Shown here: positions 10,021 through 19,368 of the stretch, in pieces
Numbering within the stretch: the stretch's first letter is position 1
Layout: each line of letters begins with the position of its first letter
From: a virus
Lineage: Duplodnaviria > Caudoviricetes
Strand: one strand, 5' to 3'
Virus record (IMG/VR): IMGVR_UViG_3300025389_001172
Coordinates: 32,001-96,000 of that record
DNA: 64,000 nucleotides
Program-made: the position numbers and the translations under genes
The notes under the pieces: generated by a model
The model's input: only the letters and a program-made list of their open reading frames with translations
Database searches by the model: none
What the model was told of the DNA's origin: nothing

Positions 10021-10120
10021 GTCAAGTGGTTAACGGGGCATCCGAGGACCCCTAGCTATGAACTTTCCCTGTTTTTGCGTAGCACAGCCAATGTGGCTCA
10101 AAGGTAAATCGGCGCTTGAC
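10021..10120 (+). ncRNA. Candidate structured ncRNA (multi-stem) downstream of a TATAAATA late promoter
   Basis: Closing stem GTCAAGTG/CGCTTGAC; internal stems GGGG..CCCC, GCTATG/CGTAGC, AGCCA/TGGCT; G-U pairs favour the + strand. Confidence 0.5.
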
Positions 10121-10194
10121 ACTGAATTCAGTTTAATCATACTGTTATTTATTCATGGTTAAATAAACGTACATAAAATGAAAGGAATCCTATC

Positions 10195-10494
10195 ATGGAA
10201 ATCATTATCGCTATTGCTATAGTAATTGGTGCTGTTGCTGTGTATTTCAACCGTAAGCCAAAGACTGTAGAAGTTACAACAGAAGTACCTTACAAGGTAG
10301 AAACACCTACAGTTGAAGAAGCTCCTGTTGTTACTACAGAGACTGTCGAAGCTGTTATCGCTGGAGTACCAGCTGCCAAGAAGCCACGTAAACCACGTGC
10401 TCCAAAAGCAGAAGCTACTGCTAAGAAACCAGCCGCAAAAAAAGCCCCAGCAAAAGCCAGGGCTACTAAAACAGTAAAATCAAAGAAAGCCTAA
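10195..10494 (+). CDS. Membrane-anchored protein with Lys/Ala/Pro-rich (histone H1-like) tail
   Basis: N-terminal hydrophobic helix; C-terminal KKPAAKKAPAK repeats. Confidence 0.7.
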   Translation: MEIIIAIAIVIGAVAVYFNRKPKTVEVTTEVPYKVETPTVEEAPVVTTETVEAVIAGVPAAKKPRKPRAPKAEATAKKPAAKKAPAKARATKTVKSKKA

Positions 10495-11508
10495 TTTCTG
10501 CGCTTGCCTAGCTAGTTCAAAACTGGCTAGGTTTTTTCCCTTACTCTCACACATTATATCGAATTGATCTAGAAACCCTAGGGCCCACGTGTTCACCGCT
10601 GTGTTCCACATAAAGTCAGAGTGGGCACGAAGTTTTTGCTTTTTATATCCCTGTTCGAGTAAGAGATTATAATCAGGGGAAATGTCTTGTGGATGATCGA
10701 CGAGATAGTCTTCCCTTGATTGGCTAAAATGACATACAGGGCGAATTCCACGCCAGCTATCTAGCAGTCTGGGGATGCGTGGGTCAGTGGGCTGGATGTA
10801 TTCGCCTTCGCGAATAAAGTAATGATGGACATCTAAAACCGTTGGTATGATGTCACTGAGACTGAGGCAGTCGTCAAGACCCCAAGAGTTTTCTTCGTTT
10901 TCAATTGTAATACAGTTGCGGGCTTCGGGTGAGAGGCGACTGTAGGCACTTCTGATACCCGCTGGACCGGCTCTACCCGCGATGTGGACATTAATTTTAA
11001 GGTCCTGGAATTTCTTACCATAGCCCATGAATCGTGCCATATCAGCATGATATTCAAACTCCTCTAATGATCTGTCGACGATGTCTGGGTTATCACTAGC
11101 CAGTACAGTAAACTGACCAGGATGAAAACTAAGACGTACATTGTGTTCACGAGCAATTTCGCCCACCCGGGCAAATCCTTGACCGAGGTATTGATCCACA
11201 TCAGGCCGAAGCCAAAAATAACTCCAAGACCGCTCAGTATAGACAGGAAGGATATCACTCCCAAGGCGGACCATGCGAAGGTGTTCATCTAGTGTACTGA
11301 CCCTTTCAACCAGCTTACGTACCGATTCTATGTTCTGTACCATTAGGTCCCAGAGCCGTTGTTCAGCTACGTCTTTGCTCTGTCTATTTAGCCAGGCCAC
11401 TGTAGTGGCGCCGGTGTTGTATTGTTTGGCATCATCAGTGGATTTGATGCCATCGACCTGGTGAGGATGGTCAATCCACTTACAGGCCCAGCCTATACGT
11501 TTGATCAT
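10480..11508 (-). CDS. uvsE: UV-damage endonuclease (UvsE/UVDE)
   Basis: RIGWAC, RLGSDILP, RLSFHPGQF, INVH, IENEE, LDVHH, HFSQS, RAHSDF, DIMCESKGK. Confidence 0.92.
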   Translation of the reverse strand: MIKRIGWACKWIDHPHQVDGIKSTDDAKQYNTGATTVAWLNRQSKDVAEQRLWDLMVQNIESVRKLVERVSTLDEHLRMVRLGSDILPVYTERSWSYFWLRPDVDQYLGQGFARVGEIAREHNVRLSFHPGQFTVLASDNPDIVDRSLEEFEYHADMARFMGYGKKFQDLKINVHIAGRAGPAGIRSAYSRLSPEARNCITIENEENSWGLDDCLSLSDIIPTVLDVHHYFIREGEYIQPTDPRIPRLLDSWRGIRPVCHFSQSREDYLVDHPQDISPDYNLLLEQGYKKQKLRAHSDFMWNTAVNTWALGFLDQFDIMCESKGKNLASFELARQAQKLGFL

Positions 11509-11707
11509 TATGACCTTTTATTAAATGATAGGTTGAGAAAAATTAATACTAAATCTATTGCTAGACCTCCCCAGTTTCCTATGGAAAAATCATGTAGTGC
11601 AGACAGACTTAACCAACCGATCAAGAACCAAGTGATCTCAGTATGATAGGTACGATACCACGTTCTAAACTTATCCATATAGACCTTTCTGTTGTAATAC
11701 TACTATT

Positions 11708-12646
11708 TTACACGATATTTCGGAAATAGTCAATGGTTTTTACCAACCCTTCTTCTAAAGGAATAGTCGGAGTCCAGCCCAATTTGCTGTTAGCTTTGGT
11801 GATGTCTGGACGTCTTTGTTTCGGATCATCTAACGGTAAGGGTTGCTGTACGATCTGGCTGGTACTGCCTGTGAGTTCTATGACCTTTTGGGCTAATTCC
11901 ATCATGGTAAACTCGCCAGGATTGCCCAGATTGATAGGACCAGGCACGCTGACATCAGGATCTAATGCCATATAACGCATCATACCATCTATGAGATCGT
12001 CGACGTAACAGAATGAGCGAGTCTGCTGTCCACTGCCATACATGGTGATATTCTCGCCACGCAGGGCCTGTACGATGAAGTTACTGACCACACGTCCATC
12101 ATTCTTGTTCATTCTAGGACCATAGGTGTTGAATATGCGAACGATACGCACATCTACATCGTGTACACGCCAGTAGTCCATGAACAGAGTTTCAGCGGCA
12201 CGCTTGCCCTCATCATAGCATGAACGGATGCCTATGGGATTAACATTGCCCCAGTATTCTTCTGGCTGTGGATGCACAGTAGGATCACCATAGCATTCAC
12301 TGGTACTTGCCTGCAGGATTCGAGCACCTGTTCGTTTGGCCAAGCCTAGTAGGTTATATGATCCCAACACTGAGGTCTTCATGGTCTGTATCGGATCCCA
12401 TTGATAAAAGAACGGGCTAGCTGGGCAAGCCAAGTTGTAGATCTCGTCTACTTCTACATATAATGGAAAGCAGACATCCTGTCGCATAACTTCGAAGTTC
12501 TTGTGATCTAATAGATGAGCTATATTGGCCTTGCTACCTGTGAAATAGTTATCCACGCAGAGCACGTGATGACCTTGTTCTACCAATCGATCACATAGGT
12601 GACTGCCTAAAAAACCAGCACCACCTGTTACTAATATTTTTTTCAT
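11708..12646 (-). CDS. UDP-glucuronate decarboxylase (UXS-like) NAD-dependent SDR
   Basis: [57 protein letters not shown]. Confidence 0.92.
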   Translation of the reverse strand: MKKILVTGGAGFLGSHLCDRLVEQGHHVLCVDNYFTGSKANIAHLLDHKNFEVMRQDVCFPLYVEVDEIYNLACPASPFFYQWDPIQTMKTSVLGSYNLLGLAKRTGARILQASTSECYGDPTVHPQPEEYWGNVNPIGIRSCYDEGKRAAETLFMDYWRVHDVDVRIVRIFNTYGPRMNKNDGRVVSNFIVQALRGENITMYGSGQQTRSFCYVDDLIDGMMRYMALDPDVSVPGPINLGNPGEFTMMELAQKVIELTGSTSQIVQQPLPLDDPKQRRPDITKANSKLGWTPTIPLEEGLVKTIDYFRNIV

Positions 12647-12786
12647 TGTTTATCCTTTTTGTGCTCAATACCATACTGTTGGAACAGCCAATCTATAAAA
12701 TTCGATACCTGTATCTGACTGCCAAACTTTCGTTCATAGACTTCAAAAGCCCGTTCTACTCGATCTAACCATTCTTTGTCACCCAT
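12643..12786 (-). CDS. Small hypothetical protein (MGDKEWL...)
   Basis: ATG immediately after the full-length queD stop. Confidence 0.5.
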   Translation of the reverse strand: MGDKEWLDRVERAFEVYERKFGSQIQVSNFIDWLFQQYGIEHKKDKQ

Positions 12787-12788
12787 AT

Positions 12789-13238
12789 CTATCCCTCGTA
12801 AATCGCTGAATTGGCACCATGCTCGGCGCACTCTACTCTAACACACCAGCAACGTCCGTTGCTGGTGTGTTAGAGTAGAGTGCGCGCATAATTGAACGCA
12901 TGGTAGGCAAACTTCTCAGCACCTACACCAGCAAATATTCTAATCTCTGCTAGATCTAATGCTTCCAATTCCTGGAATTTAGATAGGTAAGGGTCATGTT
13001 GATCCAAACACAGTTTGTGATCAAACCTATCTTCCAACCAGGCTTTGAGCTTTTTAAGTCCGCCAAAGTCTACTGCCCAATTCTTGTCATCCAGTGAGTC
13101 ACATCCAAATGTGAATGTAAATGCTAGACTGTAACCATGTAGCAGGTGACAGTGACTGTGATCCGCATTGGGCTGTCGGAATACCGCTGACAGGCCAATA
13201 TTGTGCCCGTAATGCTTTGTTGAATAATATTTTGCCAT
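12789..13238 (-). CDS. queD: 6-carboxy-tetrahydropterin synthase QueD, interrupted by an in-frame TAA at 12870-12872
   Basis: CHLLHGY, VDFGGLK, FDHKL, AEKFA; the in-frame continuation after TAA (GRCWCVRVECAEHGANSAIYEG) carries the C-terminal Glu motif. Confidence 0.85.
12826..12885. repeat. Perfect inverted repeat, 29-bp arms with a 2-nt loop
   Basis: GCGCACTCTACTCTAACACACCAGCAACG-TC-CGTTGCTGGTGTGTTAGAGTAGAGTGCGC. Confidence 0.97.
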
Positions 13239-13263
13239 TACATTCTCCTATAAGATTAGCAAT

Positions 13264-13303
13264 GGCGGCAGAGTTTATGAATCGGGATGACGCCTAGACC
13301 GAT
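13264..13303 (-). promoter_or_regulatory. preQ1-I-like riboswitch candidate (H-type pseudoknot) in the queD leader
   Basis: AUCGG-UCUAGGCGUCAUC-CCGAU-UCAUAAACUCUGC-CGCC: 5-bp P1, A-containing tail, loop GGCG pairs with CGCC. Confidence 0.6.
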
Positions 13304-13309
13304 ATATAG

Positions 13310-13338
13310 ATTATACACGCAGATATAATCTCTGTCAA
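13310..13338 (-). promoter_or_regulatory. Sigma70-type promoter for queD
   Basis: TTGACA-N17-TATAAT. Confidence 0.7.
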
Positions 13339-13352
13339 TATTTATTGGTAGT

Positions 13353-13556
13353 TTATTTCAGTTCTTTGATTTCAGATTTGATCTGTGTGATATCTGTCTT
13401 GATATCTTGGATCATTTGTATCTGTATATTCTTCATACTAGATAAGTGATTGTATGTCAGCGCAAATAATATCCAGCCTGCGGATCCACCGACAATCAGT
13501 AGTAGAATTAAAAAAATGTAGTCTTGTTGTGCCATAATGTATTCTCCCATAATCAC
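13353..13556 (-). CDS. Small membrane protein with coiled-coil tail
   Basis: One hydrophobic helix followed by a heptad-like C-terminus. Confidence 0.55.
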   Translation of the reverse strand: MIMGEYIMAQQDYIFLILLLIVGGSAGWILFALTYNHLSSMKNIQIQMIQDIKTDITQIKSEIKELK

Positions 13557-13596
13557 TTTTATTTAATCAGTCTTATGGGAGACTTTTGTCGGTAGT

Positions 13597-14190
13597 TTAT
13601 CTGCTCTCGACGATCTTATCGCATAGCCCATAGGCCAATGCCTGTTCAGCCGTCATGAATGTGTCTCGATCCATATCTCGTTCGAAATCTTCGTAGGTCT
13701 TGCCTGCGGTATTGTGTTTGACATAGAGACGGGTCAACATATCTTTCATGTGCATGATTTCTTTATAACTGATCTCTATGTCCGATGCCATACCACTGGC
13801 ACCACCTGAGGGCTGATGTATCATATGACGAGCGTAGGGCAACATGAAACGCTTGCCTGGATGTCCAGCCTGTGCTAGGAATGAGCCCATACTACAGGCC
13901 TGTCCTATGACATAGGTGCAGACATTGGGTTTGATAAATTGCATTACGTCATATATTCCCATACCAGCTGTGATAACACCACCTGGGCTATTGATATAAA
14001 AGTGTATGTCTTTGTCACTGTCTGCTGATTCTAAGTGTAGCATCTGTGCTATGACCAAGCTGGCCGATCCATCATGGACGGCACCGTTGAGGAAGACTAT
14101 GCGATCGTTTAATAATCGACTGAAGATGTCAAAGGCACGCTCACCCTGGCCTGTCTTCTCCACTACCATTGGTACTAAATCTGAATACAT
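13597..14190 (-). CDS. clpP: ATP-dependent Clp protease proteolytic subunit
   Basis: [23 protein letters not shown] catalytic Ser, MIHQP, DRDTFM. Confidence 0.96.
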   Translation of the reverse strand: MYSDLVPMVVEKTGQGERAFDIFSRLLNDRIVFLNGAVHDGSASLVIAQMLHLESADSDKDIHFYINSPGGVITAGMGIYDVMQFIKPNVCTYVIGQACSMGSFLAQAGHPGKRFMLPYARHMIHQPSGGASGMASDIEISYKEIMHMKDMLTRLYVKHNTAGKTYEDFERDMDRDTFMTAEQALAYGLCDKIVESR

Positions 14191-14378
14191 TATTTTTCCT
14201 TATTTTTCATTCTACAATCTTCGATCACACGAGCCGGGAAGTCTGGATGCCATCCTCCGATCAGCATGCGGCAATCATAACGTACTTCTACGGTATGTGA
14301 CTCTGTATAATTTATGGCAAAGATCAATCCGCAACAGATCAAGGCCACACCCGAACTCAACATCAATATCAATTTCAT
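14190..14378 (-). CDS. Small secreted/membrane hypothetical protein
   Basis: Hydrophobic N-terminus; coupled to clpP. Confidence 0.55.
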   Translation of the reverse strand: MKLILMLSSGVALICCGLIFAINYTESHTVEVRYDCRMLIGGWHPDFPARVIEDCRMKNKEK

Positions 14379-14614
14379 CGTTCTAGCTTTCTCAGTCGTA
14401 GGCTGATATCTCTGTCTTCTGTGGTTAAACGATTTTCCATCTCAGTGATCTTCCTATTCAATCTGCGTATGAGAACATGGGCATATACTATGCCCACGAC
14501 TACTAGGGTAAATGTCAGACCCCATCCGGCGATGATGCCCACGACCCAATCCCAGAGTCCGTTTACTTCGCTTATGGTCTGTTCCAGTGTTTCTACTATC
14601 ATTCTTCCCCCCAT
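14375..14614 (-). CDS. Membrane hypothetical protein
   Basis: TM helix plus coiled coil. Confidence 0.55.
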   Translation of the reverse strand: MGGRMIVETLEQTISEVNGLWDWVVGIIAGWGLTFTLVVVGIVYAHVLIRRLNRKITEMENRLTTEDRDISLRLRKLER

Positions 14615-14814
14615 CCTGGTGTGTTATAGTGTCGTACATAGGTATGTCTCTCGAGAAACTGTTCTTGTAGAGTCACAAATATTTTCTCTCCATCAGCATA
14701 CTTGTATTCTATCATGCTACCGTAGATCTTCTGTGTGAATACTTCTCGACCCTCGGCGTCAAGATATATCTGATAGGCCAGTAGTTTTGTCATGTTCTTC
14801 CTCTGCGTATTCAC
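14599..14814 (-). CDS. Hypothetical protein
   Basis: Co-directional small ORF. Confidence 0.5.
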   Translation of the reverse strand: MNTQRKNMTKLLAYQIYLDAEGREVFTQKIYGSMIEYKYADGEKIFVTLQEQFLERHTYVRHYNTPGWGEE

Positions 14815-15205
14815 CGTAGCCCATGTATTGTGAGACCATGTCGCACATACATGAGAAACAGGTTGGACAGAATGCCATGGGCAGGATTCCGAAGTCTCCT
14901 TCTACTCCACCTTCATCATCTGAGTATTCACAGCCACAGGCATTGCACTTGTGTGTATCCTCTTTCTTTTCTTGATCGTATCGCTTGACCATAGCATAGA
15001 GTGGATCCAGCCGATCCTGGAATATCTGTGGAGCAAGGTCGCTGACTCTCTCCATATCGTAGGCAGAGGGATAGTGTCTCAAGGCACTCTGGGCACGCTG
15101 TCTGATTGCCGTAGGCACTCTTGGAGTTCGCTGTGGCACTACTAGATCAACTAGCAAATTGTGGGCCTGCATTACGGCACGGTATCTTTCATCTGGTAAG
15201 GTCAT
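14759..15205 (-). CDS. Hypothetical protein with C-terminal CxxC..CxxC zinc finger
   Basis: MTLPDERYRA N-domain fused to CNAC...CPTC. Confidence 0.65.
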   Translation of the reverse strand: MTLPDERYRAVMQAHNLLVDLVVPQRTPRVPTAIRQRAQSALRHYPSAYDMERVSDLAPQIFQDRLDPLYAMVKRYDQEKKEDTHKCNACGCEYSDDEGGVEGDFGILPMAFCPTCFSCMCDMVSQYMGYGEYAEEEHDKTTGLSDIS

Positions 15206-15340
15206 CGGCTTCTTTCTTTATCTCTGCTTTAATAAGTGTTACCATATCTCTTACCTTGGATAAGAGTTTTTGTCCTTCGATAGCATGATGCCAGGCCTGG
15301 TTCTCTAGTTCTCCTAGTATCTTTTCAAGTTCTTTTAAGG

Positions 15341-15790
15341 TCATAGTATGTCATTCTTTAGGCTATCGGTTAGGAATTCTGCACGTTTCTTGTTTCGGGC
15401 TTCCTGGCAGGGCTCACAGGTAGTATGTACCCAACTACTGTTCCAATCTGTTTTAGCAACGGAGCCACAGGATTCGCAGGTGACCTCTGACATGGATTCT
15501 GCCATGGATACCAATCCACGGACGTAGTCGTCGCCACCTCTATAATAAAATCTCAGAGTACCAAACTTTTCTTTGATCTGTTCTACCACTACCTGTGCCA
15601 CTAGTTCACTATCTCGATTCTTCCAATCGATATGGCGTTGGATGAGGCCGCATAGATGATCCAGTATATTGAACCAACCATCTCCGCAGGCGAGGCCCCA
15701 GCACATTGCAGTCTCGGTCATTGGTAGGTCGCGTTCTATGAACAGTTTTGGATACTTATTACATAGATAATCGTCTAGTTCTTGTTTCAT
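15341..15790 (-). CDS. Conserved phage protein (QIKEKFGTLRFY family) with zinc ribbon
   Basis: GDGW, QIKEKFGTLRFY, CESCG..CEPC. Confidence 0.75.
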   Translation of the reverse strand: MKQELDDYLCNKYPKLFIERDLPMTETAMCWGLACGDGWFNILDHLCGLIQRHIDWKNRDSELVAQVVVEQIKEKFGTLRFYYRGGDDYVRGLVSMAESMSEVTCESCGSVAKTDWNSSWVHTTCEPCQEARNKKRAEFLTDSLKNDIL

Positions 15791-16095
15791 ATTGTTACTA
15801 TCTCCATAGTTCCTATACCGCTTTCTTCCAATTGTTTTCGGTAGGTTTCATAAACTCCGCTGGTATAGGCACTCATACCTTCGGCACCCTTGATGCATTT
15901 ATATACAGACCCCGACGATCCAACTATATCATAGTAGTCACCTTGGTCGATGACCTTTTCTATACCCGAGTTCATCCTCCAGGAATCTGATCCGGCAAAC
16001 CCGCCATACCACGAACCTAACACTTTACGAATCCGGCCGTGTTCGGGGCTGTTGATTTCTACGATGATCCAACGGTCTGGTGTATATTCGCTCAT
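15787..16095 (-). CDS. Conserved phage hypothetical protein
   Basis: YTPDRW, WYGGFAGSDSWRMNSGI, GSSGSVYKC. Confidence 0.7.
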   Translation of the reverse strand: MSEYTPDRWIIVEINSPEHGRIRKVLGSWYGGFAGSDSWRMNSGIEKVIDQGDYYDIVGSSGSVYKCIKGAEGMSAYTSGVYETYRKQLEESGIGTMEIVTI

Positions 16096-16305
16096 ACCTG
16101 TTCTCTCTTTATATGTATGATACAGCTTGGTGTTGCTACAGGTTGGACCCAGTTTCGTATGGCTCCTGCATTTATCCTACTGGCGTCTCCTTGTGTGGGC
16201 CCAACCAATGCACCTCGTTCTACATTGTTATAATAGATACTATTATGTCCAGGATACCAAAACTGATAAGGGTTAATCTTCATAATATATATTATAACAG
16301 ATTTT

Positions 16306-16506
16306 CTATGATTTGTCAAACCAATGATCGAAATGCTTTCCTAGTAATTCAGCCGCATCATCATAGCCATTAGCACGTAGCTCACGCTGGCACTCTTCTA
16401 CCACACCAAATCCATAACGCACACTCTGTTGATGCCACAAGGGGCTTTGGTGTATGCCAAAATGTGTATCTTCAGCTATTTGATTTATCTTCTTGTTGCT
16501 CTTCAT
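16306..16506 (-). CDS. Small protein, MNxRI..EC..HF family
   Basis: KKINQIAE..VVEEC..KHF resembles neighbouring ORFs. Confidence 0.5.
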   Translation of the reverse strand: MKSNKKINQIAEDTHFGIHQSPLWHQQSVRYGFGVVEECQRELRANGYDDAAELLGKHFDHWFDKS

Positions 16507-16708
16507 TCCAATAGTCTCCAAGTTTAGTCGCTAATTCATCATAGCCCTGTTCGTCGATGAACACACAGCTTTCCAATATGATCAGATTGGCCAAGTCTAT
16601 GAGTTCTTCTCCTGTCCAAGCGGCACAGTTATAGGGCCAGTCACCTTTGTATATTTCCTTGGCCTGCTTGTTACAGCGTTCGGCCAGTTCCTTGATTCTT
16701 TTATTCAT
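16472..16708 (-). CDS. Small protein, MNKRIKELAE family
   Basis: MNKRIKELA..LANLIILES. Confidence 0.6.
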   Translation of the reverse strand: MNKRIKELAERCNKQAKEIYKGDWPYNCAAWTGEELIDLANLIILESCVFIDEQGYDELATKLGDYWNEEQQEDKSNS

Positions 16709-16953
16709 ACTGGTCCTTTTGATTCAAATCCACACTTGTATCCTGCTTGATGTTCCCAAGTCAGCAGTCCTGCTCTTGGTGAGTCGGGATTAGCACACAC
16801 TCCCCAATCTGCGTCTAGCTCTCGCCAATGACGACACCCACTGGAACAATCTGGATAGTCTTTGTCGGAATCAGCCCAACGCTCTACTAGGCCTCCATAA
16901 TCTGAGTAATCACTGGGCAGACGTTTCAGCACAGTCCACAATGGGTCGTTCAT
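16705..16953 (-). CDS. Cys/His-rich hypothetical protein
   Basis: CSSGCRHW..WGVC..EHQAGYKC. Confidence 0.6.
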   Translation of the reverse strand: MNDPLWTVLKRLPSDYSDYGGLVERWADSDKDYPDCSSGCRHWRELDADWGVCANPDSPRAGLLTWEHQAGYKCGFESKGPV

Positions 16954-17204
16954 TCTTCAACTCCAAAATGTAGTTTAATCTTCTTGCTATTCTTTTCAAA
17001 TTCTTTTAAGGCCAAATCGCTCGTGTAACATTCTTCCGTCCACAATGACTCGGCACATTCTTTCACAATCAACTCAGCAAACTTTTCGAACCATTGATTT
17101 TGGTAATCAAGTTTTTCACCATTATTGAGTTCACCATAATGTCTGGCCTCCCAATCAATTTTAGGTTGTGATTGTTTGACAAGTTGTTTAATTCGTTCGT
17201 TCAT
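16950..17204 (-). CDS. Small protein, MNERIK..EKFAELIVKEC..HFGVE family
   Basis: Shares motifs with 17520..17729. Confidence 0.65.
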   Translation of the reverse strand: MNERIKQLVKQSQPKIDWEARHYGELNNGEKLDYQNQWFEKFAELIVKECAESLWTEECYTSDLALKEFEKNSKKIKLHFGVEE

Positions 17205-17519
17205 TTGTTGACCTTATAAAATTTATCCAGAGTACCTTCATGCACCCTGTGATTCTTGTTAGATGATCCTTCATTTACTTTAACAGAATTCCAATGTCCG
17301 TTTCCATTGTGTCGAGATGTAAGTCTGATTTTAACTGAACTTGTAACAGATTCGAGTATCATACCAGCTCGATATTTCACGATTCGACTCCTCTTGTGTA
17401 TTTCATCTGCATAATAAAATACATTATATCTTGTTTTGTTTCATAATTCAATGGCCGACCTTCAAGAATAACCGCATCAATCAAATTATACAAATCTTCA
17501 ATGTCATTAAGTATGTGCA

Positions 17520-17729
17520 TTATTCAACTCCAAAATGTCGTTGTATTCTGCGTACCAGAGTCTGTACCAACTCAGGCGGATGAGCGTGTGGTGGATTCGT
17601 ACGGACTCCGGTTAAGACCTGTTCCACACATTCGGCCACAATCAACTCGGCCAACTTCTGCCCACGTCCTGCCATTTCGGGTGCCGCATAACCGGCTTCC
17701 AACATCAGTTCTCTCAATCTCGCGTTCAT
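17520..17729 (-). CDS. Small protein, MNARL..KLAELIVAEC..HFGVE family
   Basis: Shares motifs with 16950..17204. Confidence 0.65.
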   Translation of the reverse strand: MNARLRELMLEAGYAAPEMAGRGQKLAELIVAECVEQVLTGVRTNPPHAHPPELVQTLVRRIQRHFGVE

Positions 17730-18916
17730 TTATACACCTTTAGGATAACCACATCGTCTGACATACGTCCGTTGAGATTCGTCTCTGTGGTCTTCACTGT
17801 CTTCTGGAACCAGGTTTCGAAACGCTTCTGCGTGTTCTGATCTTTGAATTCTCGGATCTGTAGTTCAGGTTTGCGCAGAGTCTTCTGTACGCTCTTGTCT
17901 GTGAAGTTGCTGAGCGAGCTGTTCTTAACCACTAACCCTGCACTATTCAATGCTATATAGTAGCCTATCTTGCGTGTGCGTGTATTGTAGACTACACAGC
18001 CTTGTGCACCTACTATGGTGGCCGGCGGTACTGATGTGACGCCCAACTTGTCATCACCTACTTTGAACTTCAGCTTCTTTACTATTTCTTCTGCGGGTTT
18101 GGCCTTCTTGGCACGAGGCTTTTTAAGCACCTTGGCTTCTGCGGCGATCTGATCACAGGCCGCCATGACCAAACTGTAGAACTCTATCAGCTTTTTAACG
18201 TTCTTGCGATTGTTATGTGAGTAGGCTTCACGCAGTTGTTCATCGGCTTCACCACTGGCCAGTTCCAATAACTCATCGTAGCCTGTCTTGAAATAGGCTT
18301 TGATAAAACGAGAATGAGCGGCTTTGGCACCTTTACCACGCAGGAGATTGGTCATCTTGAACTCTTTTGGATCAAAGGCTTCTGGATCAGCTATCCAACT
18401 GTCTATGGCATAGTCGATCTCTTCGCTCATATCACCTGCGGCTTCACGGAGTCTATCCTGTATAGTCACCACCGGAGCCTGGGCTACTGCTTTTTTATCT
18501 TCTACTACGACCTCAACGTCCCACTTACCAGCTTCAATCGTTTTGGCGATCTCACCACGCAACCATTCTGCTGTGTCTTTACCACCGTTGAAATCTGCTC
18601 TCACAGTGGGCATACCCTTGATCAGGCAGGCGGCGATAGCACCCATAGTGCCCGAACAACGATAATCTTTGGTACGTTTGAATGCGTCAATTTCGTCTTT
18701 AGAGTAGTCATTACGGCCCATCCAATCTATGACCTTGGGCTTGAGATCCTTGCTGGATTTCTCCAAACGATACCAAGTCATAGCAGAGTGGAACTTCTTA
18801 AGGTATTCACCTTCTGTGAGTTTTTCAACATCGTCCCACTTTGGGCTCAGGTCTTTACCACGATTTTCTCGTAGGGTCTGTACTGCGTCTTTGGGTTTAA
18901 CTGCTCTTGTTGCCAT
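17726..18916 (-). CDS. Basic hypothetical protein (396 aa), first gene after an early promoter
   Basis: Long ORF with an AGGAG RBS. Confidence 0.8.
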   Translation of the reverse strand: MATRAVKPKDAVQTLRENRGKDLSPKWDDVEKLTEGEYLKKFHSAMTWYRLEKSSKDLKPKVIDWMGRNDYSKDEIDAFKRTKDYRCSGTMGAIAACLIKGMPTVRADFNGGKDTAEWLRGEIAKTIEAGKWDVEVVVEDKKAVAQAPVVTIQDRLREAAGDMSEEIDYAIDSWIADPEAFDPKEFKMTNLLRGKGAKAAHSRFIKAYFKTGYDELLELASGEADEQLREAYSHNNRKNVKKLIEFYSLVMAACDQIAAEAKVLKKPRAKKAKPAEEIVKKLKFKVGDDKLGVTSVPPATIVGAQGCVVYNTRTRKIGYYIALNSAGLVVKNSSLSNFTDKSVQKTLRKPELQIREFKDQNTQKRFETWFQKTVKTTETNLNGRMSDDVVILKVYK

Positions 18917-18948
18917 ATCGTCTGCTCCTAAAATTAAACTATACTTAT

Positions 18949-18977
18949 ATTATACGGTATATTTGGTAAAAAGTCAA
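18949..18977 (-). promoter_or_regulatory. Sigma70-type early promoter with TTTTACCA spacer motif
   Basis: TTGACT-TTTTACCAAATATACCG-TATAAT. Confidence 0.75.
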
Positions 18978-18984
18978 GCAGAAT

Positions 18985-19368
18985 TTAGTCTTCCCAAGGT
19001 ATAGGAACCCATCCTAACTGTTTGAAATCATTGGCGATTTCTTCAGTTACTACACCCTCAGCCACATAACCCACACCTCGATCAGCGGATAATCCGTAGC
19101 CTTTATCAGTATCTCCTATTCCCGAACAGTACCAACTCAAATAGTCGCCCTCTCCTGTAATATCTGACACGATACGTCCGGCCGCTCGCCAACTACAGCT
19201 CCAGAGATCGTCTTTCAGTATGGACATAGTGTCTTGGGCAGAATCGCCTGAGATCTTGCACCAACGCATATTACACAGGGCCGCATAGATATTTTGGGCA
19301 TAGTATCTGAGTTCTCGTGCCCTTGATACTATATATTCGGAATTTTCCAGATCTTCTGCTAGGTCCAT
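18985..19368 (-). CDS. Conserved phage hypothetical protein
   Basis: YAQNIYAALCN, WSCSWRAAG, DYLSWYCSG. Confidence 0.7.
   Translation of the reverse strand: MDLAEDLENSEYIVSRARELRYYAQNIYAALCNMRWCKISGDSAQDTMSILKDDLWSCSWRAAGRIVSDITGEGDYLSWYCSGIGDTDKGYGLSADRGVGYVAEGVVTEEIANDFKQLGWVPIPWED

Noticed and set aside
10021-10120. yybP-ykoY manganese riboswitch for SOD
   Set aside because: Characteristic conserved loops not recognizable, and wobble pairs favour the strand opposite to SOD
12870-12872. Genome-wide stop-codon reassignment
   Set aside because: Other recognizable genes end normally at TAA, TAG or TGA; no suppressor tRNA is seen; the palindrome explains this stop
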